A DNA stretch of 64,000 nucleotides from Rebecca billardiae RCC1528. Lineage: Eukaryota > Protista > Haptophyta. The notes under the pieces were generated by a model. The model had not been told where the DNA came from. It ran no database searches and saw nothing but the letters and a program-made list of their open reading frames with translations. The stretch lies in contig OZ251224.1 of NCBI GenBank assembly GCA_965240325.2, forward strand, positions 930,001 to 994,000. Direction: 5' to 3'. Below are positions 44,218 to 55,400 of this stretch, in pieces (position 1 is the stretch's first letter; each line of letters starts with the position of its first letter). The translations under genes were made by a program, and so were the position numbers.

Positions 44218-46359
44218 TCATCCCAGCATCATCATCGTCCGTCGGACATCGTCGTCGGATCGTCTGAGAGTGGCACCGAGAGTCTTAGACTTAGCACGAC
44301 TCCTTCTCGCCCGCCGGTTCTCAAGCACGTGAGCCAGCAAGGGCAGATTAATCTTCTTGTTGGCGCCTCCTGAGAGGTGGGCGAAGCAGACGTCGCTAGG
44401 TCGGCCGCTGCTCTTGGAGTCCGTGGACTCGATGCGCCCGCTGGAAGTCACGTGCATGCCTATGGGCAACCCAGCGCCGAGAAAGTCCGTCAACGCGCCG
44501 CCTCTGCGCATGCCGAAAGTGTTGGTGACGAGCAGTGAGCAATAGTCGAGCGCCACGTCGTCAGTGTGCCCTCCCCAGTATGCGCTGTACGCGTACTGGT
44601 CGTCCTGCACGTACGGGATCGGCTCCTTGTCGAGCCACTCGTGGTGCTTGTACCACATGCCGGCCTCCATCTCTCGAGCCACACGCTCGACCATTGGCAG
44701 GAGCGCAGACACTTGGCCTGCAAAGAGACCAGAGTTCAAGACGTAAGGCCACTGCATGTTGCGGTGCATCTTGTTGCGAGAGGGGCTGGGTGCCATCGCA
44801 GAGTCAGAGGGAGTGCTTGCTTGGGCCTCTGCGAACTGAGCGCACAGTTGACGCGCCCACGGAGGCTGCCGTTTTTGCCATCGCACAGGCAGAGGCGCTC
44901 TGCCCCCGCGGCCGGAGACCTCGGGCTCCGCGTTGAGGTTGCTCCATTCGCCGAGTCCGCCAAGCTCGGCGCCAAAGACGATGGAGGCACCCGACAAGGC
45001 AAAGAGCGCGTCCAGGCGTTCGCGCACCCCTGCCAGAAGATCTCGAGCACCAGTGCCGCCTGCTGCCCGGCAGCCGCCGAAGAAGACGTCACTGCCATCG
45101 GCAAAGATGACGGTCAGGTTTGAGCGGCCAGCCGCATGCGCTGCTCGGAGGTAGTCGCGCAGAGCGACCACCTTTGTGATGTGCCGTGTGTACATGGGCG
45201 CGTTCTGGCCAGGGTGCGCCCCGGCGAGATTGACCACCGGGCATCGCTCCCCGCGCAGATCGGCCGCAGCGCATATCATCGTCTCGAGCGGGCTACTCAC
45301 CACCTTGCCGCCGTGGGTGTTGTACGTGAGCACCTCGATGGCGCCAGTTCGTCGCCACGGGCGCGATGCCACGTAGCGATTCCACGTGTCTCGCCACTCG
45401 AGGAAGGCACTGCGAGCAGCCGCAGTGCCGAGCATGTCCGCCGGGATCGGGATGAGGCTGTGCGCATACGAGGCATCGCCGTTCCACCGCCAGCGCCTCC
45501 ACGTCGTCCATGGCGCGTACTGGTCCCGCACGTGCGCAATCCCGGCTGGGATGTCAGCCCACGCTCGATCCACGGAGGGGTCGCCGCCGATATCGAAGGA
45601 CAGCTCCTCCGGGAGCAGCGCAGCGCGCTCGGGGTGGGCGCGCACCCACTCCGCCAGCAGCACACCATCGGAGGCAAGAGCTACATCTGGGTGTGAGCGG
45701 TTGCTGCCGGTGCGCTCTGCTGCTCCACGACGAGAGCTGTCCGCTGCGCTGAGGAGCTCGGAATGCAGCCGAGTCGACGGGCGAATGATCACCGTGCGTG
45801 CGTGCACGCGCACCGTTGAGGATGCGCACATCGGCGCGCAGTCCGCAACGATCGCGGCGGCCTCTCCGGCACGCTGCAGTACGATGGGTAGTGCCACGTC
45901 CATGTTGCCGCGCACAAGCGCACCTCGCGTGATGAAGGCGATCATCGCCATGCCAGGCACGGTCCCTGGATCGGCGAGAGCGGCAATTGGGGCCAGAGCG
46001 CTGCCCGAGGCGAGCGGGAGGATCTTGCACCCCATGTCGTCCAGCCAGCGGCGCTCCTCGGTGCCGGCGGCGCCATGCGCAAGCAGCACGATCATCTGGC
46101 GCATCGCGCCGTGCTGCCGCAGCGCGTATGCCAGCTCGAGAGCTAGCGGCACGTCGTGCGGCCGAGTCACGGAGGTCGCATAGCCCCAGCGCAAGCCCGA
46201 TTGGTCTTTTGCACGCTGTTCGCCGTGGCCAGCAGCACGCAATGACCTGCTGCTCGGTGTGAAAAGCGCCTCTTCCGCTTGGGTCGACGTGGCGAACACG
46301 ATGAGGAGGAGCCAGGTGAGATGCGAGCGAATCCCATGTGCGACGGACGCCCACATCAT
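44218..46359 (-). CDS. Secretory-pathway glycosyltransferase: degenerate GT8-like N-domain + PLOD-type GT-A domain
   Basis: Signal peptide; 'YATSV...ALELAYALRQ...MIVL'; 'TKVVALRDYL', 'VIFADGSDVFF', 'IVFGAE', 'LNSGLFAG', 'DDQYAY', 'ALDYCS', 'AHLSGGANK'. Confidence 0.78.
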   Translation of the reverse strand: MMWASVAHGIRSHLTWLLLIVFATSTQAEEALFTPSSRSLRAAGHGEQRAKDQSGLRWGYATSVTRPHDVPLALELAYALRQHGAMRQMIVLLAHGAAGTEERRWLDDMGCKILPLASGSALAPIAALADPGTVPGMAMIAFITRGALVRGNMDVALPIVLQRAGEAAAIVADCAPMCASSTVRVHARTVIIRPSTRLHSELLSAADSSRRGAAERTGSNRSHPDVALASDGVLLAEWVRAHPERAALLPEELSFDIGGDPSVDRAWADIPAGIAHVRDQYAPWTTWRRWRWNGDASYAHSLIPIPADMLGTAAARSAFLEWRDTWNRYVASRPWRRTGAIEVLTYNTHGGKVVSSPLETMICAAADLRGERCPVVNLAGAHPGQNAPMYTRHITKVVALRDYLRAAHAAGRSNLTVIFADGSDVFFGGCRAAGGTGARDLLAGVRERLDALFALSGASIVFGAELGGLGEWSNLNAEPEVSGRGGRAPLPVRWQKRQPPWARQLCAQFAEAQASTPSDSAMAPSPSRNKMHRNMQWPYVLNSGLFAGQVSALLPMVERVAREMEAGMWYKHHEWLDKEPIPYVQDDQYAYSAYWGGHTDDVALDYCSLLVTNTFGMRRGGALTDFLGAGLPIGMHVTSSGRIESTDSKSSGRPSDVCFAHLSGGANKKINLPLLAHVLENRRARRSRAKSKTLGATLRRSDDDVRRTMMMLG

Positions 46360-49300
46360 CGAGGCCTCGCACGCCGACGTGTACGTCGCGGGGTCAGAGG
46401 CGCGCCGCCAAGCCCTCTGCGGGCGTGGTGTGCGCTGTCAGCGGCGCACTTTCTTGTTGCGATTCAGATTCACACCCGCCGGGCCGCCATACTTACATAA
46501 GAGACGCGCACGCCACTCAGGCAGGCGAACTCCGGACGCCAACTCCGGAGGCTCATCTGTCTGGTACTCTCCTCCGGACTGCGCCGCCATCGTTACTCGG
46601 CGGGCACAGCCCGTCTGGGGCTAACCTCACAGGCCGGGGTGGAGCACCGGACTGGGCGTGGACGCCCACCTCGTGGTCGACCCGTCGCCGCGGGAGTGAG
46701 CGGTGCGCGTGGAGCCGGCGCGCTCGGGCCTGCGCGGCATGCCGAACGGCCGGTCCAGGAAGCGCGACTTGCCCACACCACCACGTAAGTGCTCCACCGC
46801 ACTCGCCCTGCCCGCACGCGAGGCACGCGTGCACGATTGCCGTGTTTGCGGGCGCGTGCACGTCAGGGGCTGCGTGCGCCCGAATGGCATGGAATGGCAT
46901 GCCCGGAGGGGCGTAGTCCGATGGTACTTGCGGCATACCATCGGCCAAACGTAGTCTGCGCTTGGCCGGCCTTGGCCATGGTGTGCTCATGCGTGAACAG
47001 TGCAAGCCCTAACTCACACTGTCCCTATGTGCCCTGCTCGCACGCGCGCAGGCCATGTCGGCGGCGTGGGAAGCGGAGCGCTTGTTGAGAACTCTCCCGA
47101 GGCCCCTACCGACGTGCTCTCGCCAGTGGCCCAGCGGGCCCAGCGCGTCAGGCGCTTCGAATGGCAGCCGCGCGTGCGCGCGCAGCCGCACGACCTCATG
47201 CTGCTGCTGATCTACGCGAGCTTTGCGCTGCTGCGGCTGATGGCCTGCATGGGCGCGCGTTGTTCTGCTGGCGGCACGCGATCGACGCCGGAGCGTCGAT
47301 GCGCCAGCCCACGATGAGCTCGAGCCGAGACTTGAAAAGGTTGGCATCGACTGGCAGACGCTCTGGAGGGCGCCGTGCCGCGATGGGCGTACTGCACGCC
47401 TAGGAGTGGTCGCGCACAGCTTCTGCGCGACGATGAGCTGAGGCTGCCGCTGGCGAGTCTGCCGCCGCCATTGCGGCCGCTTGGCTTCCCAGCCGTGATG
47501 TGTGTGCCAGGCGGGTAGGCAGGTCTCCAGTCGGCATTGCCACACGCAGACGCCTCACTATCTAACGCCTCAGCTGCTCGAGTCTGGCCGGCGGCGCCGC
47601 CGCCAGACTAGGTGCAGTGTGCGCGTCACCGCGTCAGTGCGCGCCTGCCGCAGCCAGCCCTGAGTGCCCTGGCCAGCCTGGGCCCGGGGCCGGGTCGCGG
47701 AGGCGGTCTCCTAGGAGACCATATAGCGCCCGGCGTTGAAGGAGAGTTGTGTGCGCGCCATGTAGTAGTAGTGCTGCCAGACGACTGTAGTGTAGGACCG
47801 CCGAATCATCCGATCGATCTCGGATTAGTCGGATTATCTCCGGCTGATCCGCCGTCCGCGGATAGTTTCGTCAGTTACCGTAGTCGTCAGTCTCAATGTT
47901 ACACGATCCGAATAAGCGGGCGCGGCGTCGGTCACTGGTCAGCCTCACTAAGCAGTCTCTGCTCAGTACTCACTGTAGTCTAGTCATTGTAGTTAGTGTC
48001 CGCCGCGATCTGGCACTACGAGCCACGACAGTCTGACAGAGACTAGAGAGTCAGAGTACTGAGTAGTTATTACATCACGGTCCCATGAGTCCGACGGTAC
48101 GGCAGACCCGCGTACCCCTCACAGCCCGCCGGGCCCAAGGGCTGGTCGGCTCAGTAGTAGCTAAGTCACTGTCATATAGGCTTAGCAGCGGTCACAGCCA
48201 CGAAAGCTATCAGCATTGGCCGCATCAGCACCAGATCATCCGCACCACTGCTTTAAGGTGGCGCTTCGCGCGGCCCGCACAGACGTGAGACGGCCCCAAG
48301 TCGCAGGGCGGCAGGCTGACGCGCGCGCCGCGTCGCCTACCGCGTACTCGTAGGTATTGTACTGATGCGCACTGGCCTCCACGTCGCCACCACACTCAGT
48401 CTCACAGTAGGACCGTCGTCGGCCTGGTACCTCTCACCGCAGTCATCCACTGCTTGAGACCGGTGCCAGCCTGGCGTGTCGCCCGGCGCGCGGCCCCGGA
48501 GGCCAGTACGGCCAGCCTTGCCGACCTGGCACGGTGATGACGACTCGTTGTTCAGCCGGGCAGCACGGTTCAGCACTCCACGCGAGCACGCTGAAGTCCG
48601 TGGCCGAAGTCGACCTAGGCTGGTCGTGAGTAGTGGCGTCTTGCGAGTGATGAGAGACGACGAATGCGTCAAGCTTCCAAGACTGACAACCCGTTCGACG
48701 AGGGGCGAGCCAGCTAGCGGTGCTAAGCTTGCCCATGGCCATGGTGCCACCGCGCGAGAGAGCATGCTGCTGCTGATAGAGGGCTCGTTATCTGAGGCGC
48801 CGTGTGATGAATGAAACATCACCGCACAGGCCACGACCGCAGTGGGCTGCGGGCAGGCTCCAGCTGACAGCCACGAGGGGATTGGCTGTCGAGCCGGAAG
48901 CTGGTGGCTGGCACCCGGCGAAGACCAGTCACGTGCCTACTGCAGTCTTCTGGCTCCATCGCAGGGACTCGGGCAGAGCAGGTGTCCAGAGGTTGAGCAA
49001 CACCGCCGGTGCAGCCGCCGATCATGTTGCAGTGTGTGGAGCACAAGAGGGGTTGCGAGCGCGCGTGGCGCGTGAGGGCGAATGCACACGAAGGAAACAT
49101 CCGCTTAGTGAGCTCCGACTGGCCAGCCGTATCTACCAGCCACTCGAAACACGCCGCGCGCCCGAAACCCCCGTGGTCCAGCCACCCGGTGCCCGTTCGG
49201 GGCAGGCACAGCCCAAACGGTTCATGTGCGTGCAGAACGGGCGTGGCGAGTGCACAACCAGCCGCAAGCGCTCACCTGCTCGCGCACCCTCCTCCATATG

Positions 49301-49908
49301 GTCCTACCGAGTGCTCCGCTCAGCGACGCCCTCGAACGGGCTCACACGGCTCTGCCGCACGACCAGCCAAGAGGCGCACGCGACGCGAGGGGAGGGCCTC
49401 GCCGGCCCTCCACCATCAACCGCGGCTCCCGAAGTGCCCTCCCCTCCGCTCCCGGACTCTGTGAGGTCCAGCCCAGCCGCACTCGCGTGAAGCGAGTGCG
49501 ATGGCGGAGAGTACCAGCCAGGAGGCTCATAGTAGTAGTGCACGGCATAACTAACTTCAACTAAATTTTAATTAGGGCGGACCTACGACCCGCCATTAAT
49601 TTCCTTTGCCTCCAACGCGCGCATCAAAGGACGATACAAATAACGGCCCGCCATACAGCTCTCTACCGACCGTACCCCCATAGTATATATGATCACGATC
49701 CGCCACACTTATTAGGTCAGGCTGCGATGAAGCGTTTTTAATGATATTCTATCCGGCTGACCGACCACCGCCCTCGGCCACGTGCGAGGGGAGCACGAGC
49801 GGGGCTGGCGCCCCGCGGGGGCGGGGCGACTCGACTCTGGTGACGCCTCCAAGCCGCTCGTGCCGCGCGCCTGGGGAGCCCGCGCTGCCGCTCGCCACGC
49901 CGCCAAAC

Positions 49909-51012
49909 ATGGGCTCTGACCGGGTCCAAAGCGCGCCAGGGCCTTTCTCTACGGCAGCGTCAAAACGCTGGGCCATCGCGCTCGCCGCCGTTCTCCCCAC
50001 CTTGGCTTTCCCTGGCGTGGCCATGGTACCAGAACCTTGCTCTACCACATCAGGATCTACGCGCAATGCGGTGCTCGTGAGGTCGGTGGCCCCGACCGAT
50101 GCACAATTCGCACGCGTGGTGACGTGGGCGGACGAGCTGTGTGGGACCGAGTTCGCACTCACAGTGAGCATCGACATCAGCTCTGAGCGAGGTAGAGCCA
50201 CCGCAGAGCGCTTTCGGGCGCGTGGCGTAGGCGTGCATGTATACGACCAGCAGGACATGTTCGACCAGTCTCCTGGGCTCGAGACCTTCCTGATTGAGCA
50301 ACACCCTTTCAAGGCTGGCAACGTCCTGGTGAACAAGGAGATGAGGAGGCGAAACGCAAGCTTCGCTTGGATGTTCCACGTGGAGGCCACCGTGCTCTGG
50401 GCACAGGCGGTCAACTTCTCGTTCGATTCCGTGTGGGTCATAGAGGATGACGTGGGCGTCATCTGTGGCCCATCAGCTGGTGGGCCAGCCGGGAACCTGC
50501 TGCCCTTCCTGAGAATATATGCACTGGGCACACACGCCAGGCACGATGTGGTTGCACACGCGAAGAGAAGCACGCTCAACTACCCATACAAGTACACGGT
50601 CACCAAACAATTCGGGCGACGTGTGCCGAAGTGGGGGCAGCGGTGGACATCGGAGTTTGTGATGCGCATTTCTGCGCGGCTGCTACGGTACCTGGCCGTG
50701 CTCGAGGCAGGCGGAGCGACAGGCATCTCAGAGATCGTCGTGCTGTCGGCCGCGCTCGCGAATACAACGCGCTGGAGCGTCGGTTGGCTCAACAATGAGC
50801 ACATCAGCCAGTACTACACTTGGGATGCCCGTGTGTCACGGTCAGTTTGGAAGCGGCTCACCACTGGCAACAGCACTGGATCCGAGAGCAGCCTCAGGAA
50901 AACGCTGATGCTCCGCAAGTACCTTCCTTCGTGGGCCACCCGACGTGTGCGCAGACCTCGACCGGCTGGAGGGGGGGATGGGTGCAAGCTGTACCACGCC
51001 CTGAAGTTCTGA
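49909..51012 (+). CDS. Putative GT-A-fold glycosyltransferase-like protein (DUF3405-like)
   Basis: N-terminal TM anchor; 'FDSVWVIEDDV', 'VMRISARLL', 'SEIVV', C-terminal 'LYHALKF*'. Confidence 0.6.
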   Translation: MGSDRVQSAPGPFSTAASKRWAIALAAVLPTLAFPGVAMVPEPCSTTSGSTRNAVLVRSVAPTDAQFARVVTWADELCGTEFALTVSIDISSERGRATAERFRARGVGVHVYDQQDMFDQSPGLETFLIEQHPFKAGNVLVNKEMRRRNASFAWMFHVEATVLWAQAVNFSFDSVWVIEDDVGVICGPSAGGPAGNLLPFLRIYALGTHARHDVVAHAKRSTLNYPYKYTVTKQFGRRVPKWGQRWTSEFVMRISARLLRYLAVLEAGGATGISEIVVLSAALANTTRWSVGWLNNEHISQYYTWDARVSRSVWKRLTTGNSTGSESSLRKTLMLRKYLPSWATRRVRRPRPAGGGDGCKLYHALKF

Positions 51013-52489
51013 CGACACAGTGTATATACGGCAGAGCGCTAGAGTAGAACCGATGATATCCATCACCGAATATAATAATATGATACAGGCTTCTTATACC
51101 CCCATATGCTAATAATATATACAGGCTTCTTATGGCTGACGATCGACCGGATGGCGGTCCGCCCGTGTCAGCGTGTCCGACGTGACGCCTGATGACGACA
51201 GCTGTCACAGCCCATGAATATGATCCGTAGTGGGCGCGGTAGTCAGAGCTCCGGCCGTTACGCTCCCGAGTGACGCAATCTCTCGAAATCACGAAATGTG
51301 AAATATCCCCTCGGTTTGTAACTGTTTGAGTCCGTTTAAGTTCGTTAAGGCTTAATTCCAGGGTGTAGAATCCGCCTGTGCCAATTTCAGACTGCCAAAA
51401 TGTAATCTAGACGGTGCGATTCTGGTTCAAATATTAATAGCGAGATCGCCTTGGAGATCCCAGATCCGCCAGATCGTGTATCTCCCCTACTAATGTTGCC
51501 GAGATCGCGTCGAGATTGAGGTCGTATATCTCCAGTATGTGACATTTTTTCGTCGCAAAACTTGTCAGCGTGACCCCAGTCCCCACTCCCCAGGTCATTC
51601 CAGGCGAATATTGACATCCCGAAGTTTGAGAGCCTCGTCATCTCAAGACGACAGAAAGTTGGACGATTTTATTGGGCCACGCACCCCCCAGTGGGGCTCT
51701 GACCCCTCGTATATGATCCGGTCGCCATCACTGACGACTACTGAATCACTGAGTCCGGACTCCTGCTGCGCGATATATATGTGGCGTTATTGGCACAATA
51801 ACTGAGTGTCTAAGAGCGACACCAAGATCCGGCTCGCTTGGCATCATCAACCAGCTGTCCGGCCGGGGCGCCCGCCGCCCAGCGCGCGCAGTCCTGGTCG
51901 GACCCCTTTTCGGCAGCCAATCCGGTCGGCACCGGGCACCGCCTGCAGGACTTGCTCGGCGATTCCTGTTCCATCCGAGGCGACTCTTCTGGCCTCGGCG
52001 CGGCTCGGCCCAAGGTACGGGGGCGCCATGACACAAGGCGCCGAGCCGAGCAGGGGGCCCACGACACCGCACGCTACACTCTCCTCCGACCGCTCTCGAC
52101 CACGGGCAGCTGCGCCACCGCACTGCCCGCGCCCGTCGTTCGTTGGTAAAATCCCGACCTATGTAACATGATCGTGTCCCAATCATGATCATCATCGTGG
52201 ACTGTCCCAAGACGCAGTTCACGCCACGACCATCCAGCTCTCGGTCGTGCTCGACGCTTCGAGCGAGCAGGGCATGGCGGAGTGGCTAGACATATATATA
52301 TCGATCGATCGCGACGACTGCTACTGTACAGGACTGCGCTGCGCTATATATTACACTTCGTCATCAGACAGCAGTTCCGCCGGGCGCGATTATTTCTTCC
52401 AGCACTCGCTGCCGAGCACACCGCCCGCCAGGTGTGAGCAGCCAGGGGGTAAGACTCAAATTACAAGCACAATCATAGCTACCAGGGCG

Positions 52490-55400
52490 TTAGGCACGTC
52501 GCTGGCGCACGTCCCTCGCCCATTCGACATCGTCTGCGCCGCCAGCTGCACCACGCGCGGTGGCACCACGGCTCCGACGGCGCAGCGTCTGCACCCGCTG
52601 CTCGAGCTCCTCGACGCGCTGTCTGTCCGCGTCCACCGCCGCCTTCTCTCTCGCCAGCTCGCGCTCGAGTCGCGTGAGGTTTTGCTTCTTGCGCGCCAGT
52701 TCTTGCCGCGCGTCACGCAGCGTGCGCTCGAGCTCGTCGGCGCCGTCTCCCACGCCGCCCGCAGGCTCATCGGCCCCGCCGCCTGCTGGGCGCTCCTCCG
52801 CCTCGGCCGAGGCTGCACCGGGCATGGGCCCCTGCTGCTGCGCGCTTGCTGCCTGCGGCGCGGGCTGGGCGGCGCAGGTGGCGTGCGTGGCGGCGCGTCA
52901 GATCGGCGCGAGCAGCCGCCGCAGCACAGCGGGTGGTGCGGCGCGCCGAGCGGCACACGCACCTGCGGCTGGGCGGGTGCGACGAGGCTGTTGGCTGCGG
53001 CTGCCACCGCGAGGGGCGGCGCGCCCGCCCGGTGCGCGTGCTGCTGCGTCTCCGCGGGCGGCTGCTGGCTCGCCTCGCGCTCGGTGTCGCCGTCGAGGTC
53101 TTCGATCGGCGGCTCGGGCGGCTGGCGCGCGGGCTTGACCTCCACGGCGAACTCGAGCTGGTGTGCGGCGGAGCGGCGTGCGGGGCGCGCGCCGGGGTTG
53201 AGCCAGACGCGCTGCGCGCGGCGCGTGCGCGCGGCGCGCGTGGCGCACCTTGTCCTTGGGCCCGTTGGGGTCCGTGAACACACAGCTCCACGTGAACGTG
53301 CCTGCGCGCGGCTGCTGCACCACCATCGCGCGCCATCCCTCGCCCGCGGGGTCGGCGATCAGCACGGCGAGGACCGGCTGCTCGCGGCGCGCGCCCGTCA
53401 CCGCGTGCAGCTGCACGCTCACCGCCGGGTCGAGGCACGGCTGTGCGCCGTCCGTGAGCACGCGCGCGCGCACGAGCGCAGCATCACCCTCGGTGAACGT
53501 GTGGTGCTCGGCGCCCGGCGGCGGCGGCTCGAGCTGGAGGCGGTTGGGGACGCCGCTGGGCACCACGCGCAGCGCGAGCCTCGCCTCCAGCGGCGGCGCC
53601 GGCGGCGGCGGCATCCACTTGAGCTGCACCGTCACCTCGCGCGGCAGGCTCGCGCCGCCCCGCATCGGCGTGGCGAGCAGCGTGAGCTCCCGCGTCGCGG
53701 TCGCCGCGCGCCCCTGCGTCAGCAGCTTGGCCGACACGCAGCGCACGGCGCGCACGGCCCTGGGCGCGCCGGTGTGCAGCTGCACGAGCTCGTCCGCGCA
53801 CTCGATCTGGATGGTGGTCCCGCCGCCCGCCGCGCGCACCGCTCGCGCGAGGCACTCGTTCCCGTGCTCCCCGTCCAGCAGCACGGCCTCGAGCCCAAAC
53901 GGCCTGCCGTTGGACACCTCCGCGTGCGTCGGCCGGAGCACGCTGATGCACGCGGGCGCGCCCGCGGCGATGTGCACGCGGAGCGAGGAGGTGTCGAGGC
54001 GGTGTGTGGCGAGCGTGGTGTTTGCGAGGGCGCGCGGCGGCACGCGCGCGCTCAGCTCGACGACGGCGCCAGCGTCGCCGCTCAGCGTGTACGTGCGAGC
54101 CCACACCGCCGCACCGCCCGCCGACGCGGCCGCCTGCCCCTCGTCACCAGCCCACGGCGCCCACTTGGAGCCTTGGGCGGGCAGCAGCGTCACGCCCGCG
54201 TCGTCCTCCTGCGTGCCCAGCTCGACGGCGGACCAGTCGAGGCGGTCGGCCTCGAGCGCGCGCACCGGTGCGCCCGTCGAGTCCACCAGCTCGAGCAGCA
54301 GCTCGAGCGCCGAGCCCGACGGCACCTCCGCCCCCGGGCGCAGCGCGCGCAGCGGCCGCAGCCGCCACTCACACGGCGGCAGCGGCAGCCCTGTGAGCAG
54401 CAGCAGCCCCAGCCTGCCGCCCAGCCGCGCCTCGAGCTGCACCGTCTCATCCGGCGCGATCGCGATGAAGCACGTGAAGCTCGCCACCCCTTTCTTCACC
54501 TTGGCGCGCGCGACGTGCTCGGTCGCGCCGCCCGCCAGCCGGCGCTCCACCAGGAGCTCGCTGGCGCACGCGAACGCACTGTCGACGGCGCCGAGCGAGC
54601 AGGGGGCAGGCGGCGCGCCGTCCGCGTCGCCTGCCGGCAGGTGCACGCGCACGCTCAGCCTCTTGAGCGGCTCGTGCGCCTTGCGCGCCGCGCGCACGCA
54701 CGTGCTGCCGGCCACCTCGTCGAGCACGGGCGACTCTCCCTCCGCCACGTCGAACGCGAGCCAGCGCCTCTCGACGATCCACTCGAGCGCGGTGCTGCAA
54801 GGCGCCGCACCGCTCGCGGGCGGCGGCGCGGGCCACTCGACGGTCAGCCGCGCCGCGTCGCCGAATGGCGCGCTGAAGTGGAGCTGCTTGATCGTGAGTG
54901 TGCCCTCGGCCGGCGTCACTTCGTCCGGGTCCAGCTCGATGCCCTCGACGCACACGCGCAGGTACGGCGCCTCCACCTCGGCGGCCGCGCACGCGTTGCC
55001 CCACGCCGCCTCCACCTCGGCGGCCGCGCACGCGTTGCCCCAGCTGTCCGTCACTCGGAGCGTCAGCTTGCGCTGCACGTCCCCGTGCCGCACGGCCGTG
55101 CCGCGCGCGTGCGCGGCCGCGGGCTCGACGGCGGCGATGGCGCCGGCGGCGAGGAGGGGCGGCGTGCCGCCCACGCCCACGCCGTGCCGCGCGGGCACGA
55201 GGCCGCCCAGCTCGCCAGCCTCCTCGCCGTCCAGCTGCAGCCGGAGCGCGAGGTCGAGCGCGGCGCGGCCAGCAGGGAGCCGAAAGCCGGGCGGCTCGAG
55301 CCTCAGCCCGCTCAGCCTGAGCGCGCTCACGCGCGCCGCGCCTTGCGGCGGCAGCTCGCCGTCGAGCTCGGGGAGGCTCAGCTCGAACGGCTCGGCGCGC

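Noticed and set aside
48337-49564. Overlapping 100-230-aa ORFs (similar cases at 9550-10500 and 26100-26520)
   Set aside because: No motifs, no consistent coding frame or splice model; possibly decayed repeats.
51242-51702. Possible MITE bounded by GTCAGAGCTCC / GGGGCTCTGAC
   Set aside because: Only a 10/11-bp inverted match, no TSD and no second copy in the window, although the composition is repeat-like.
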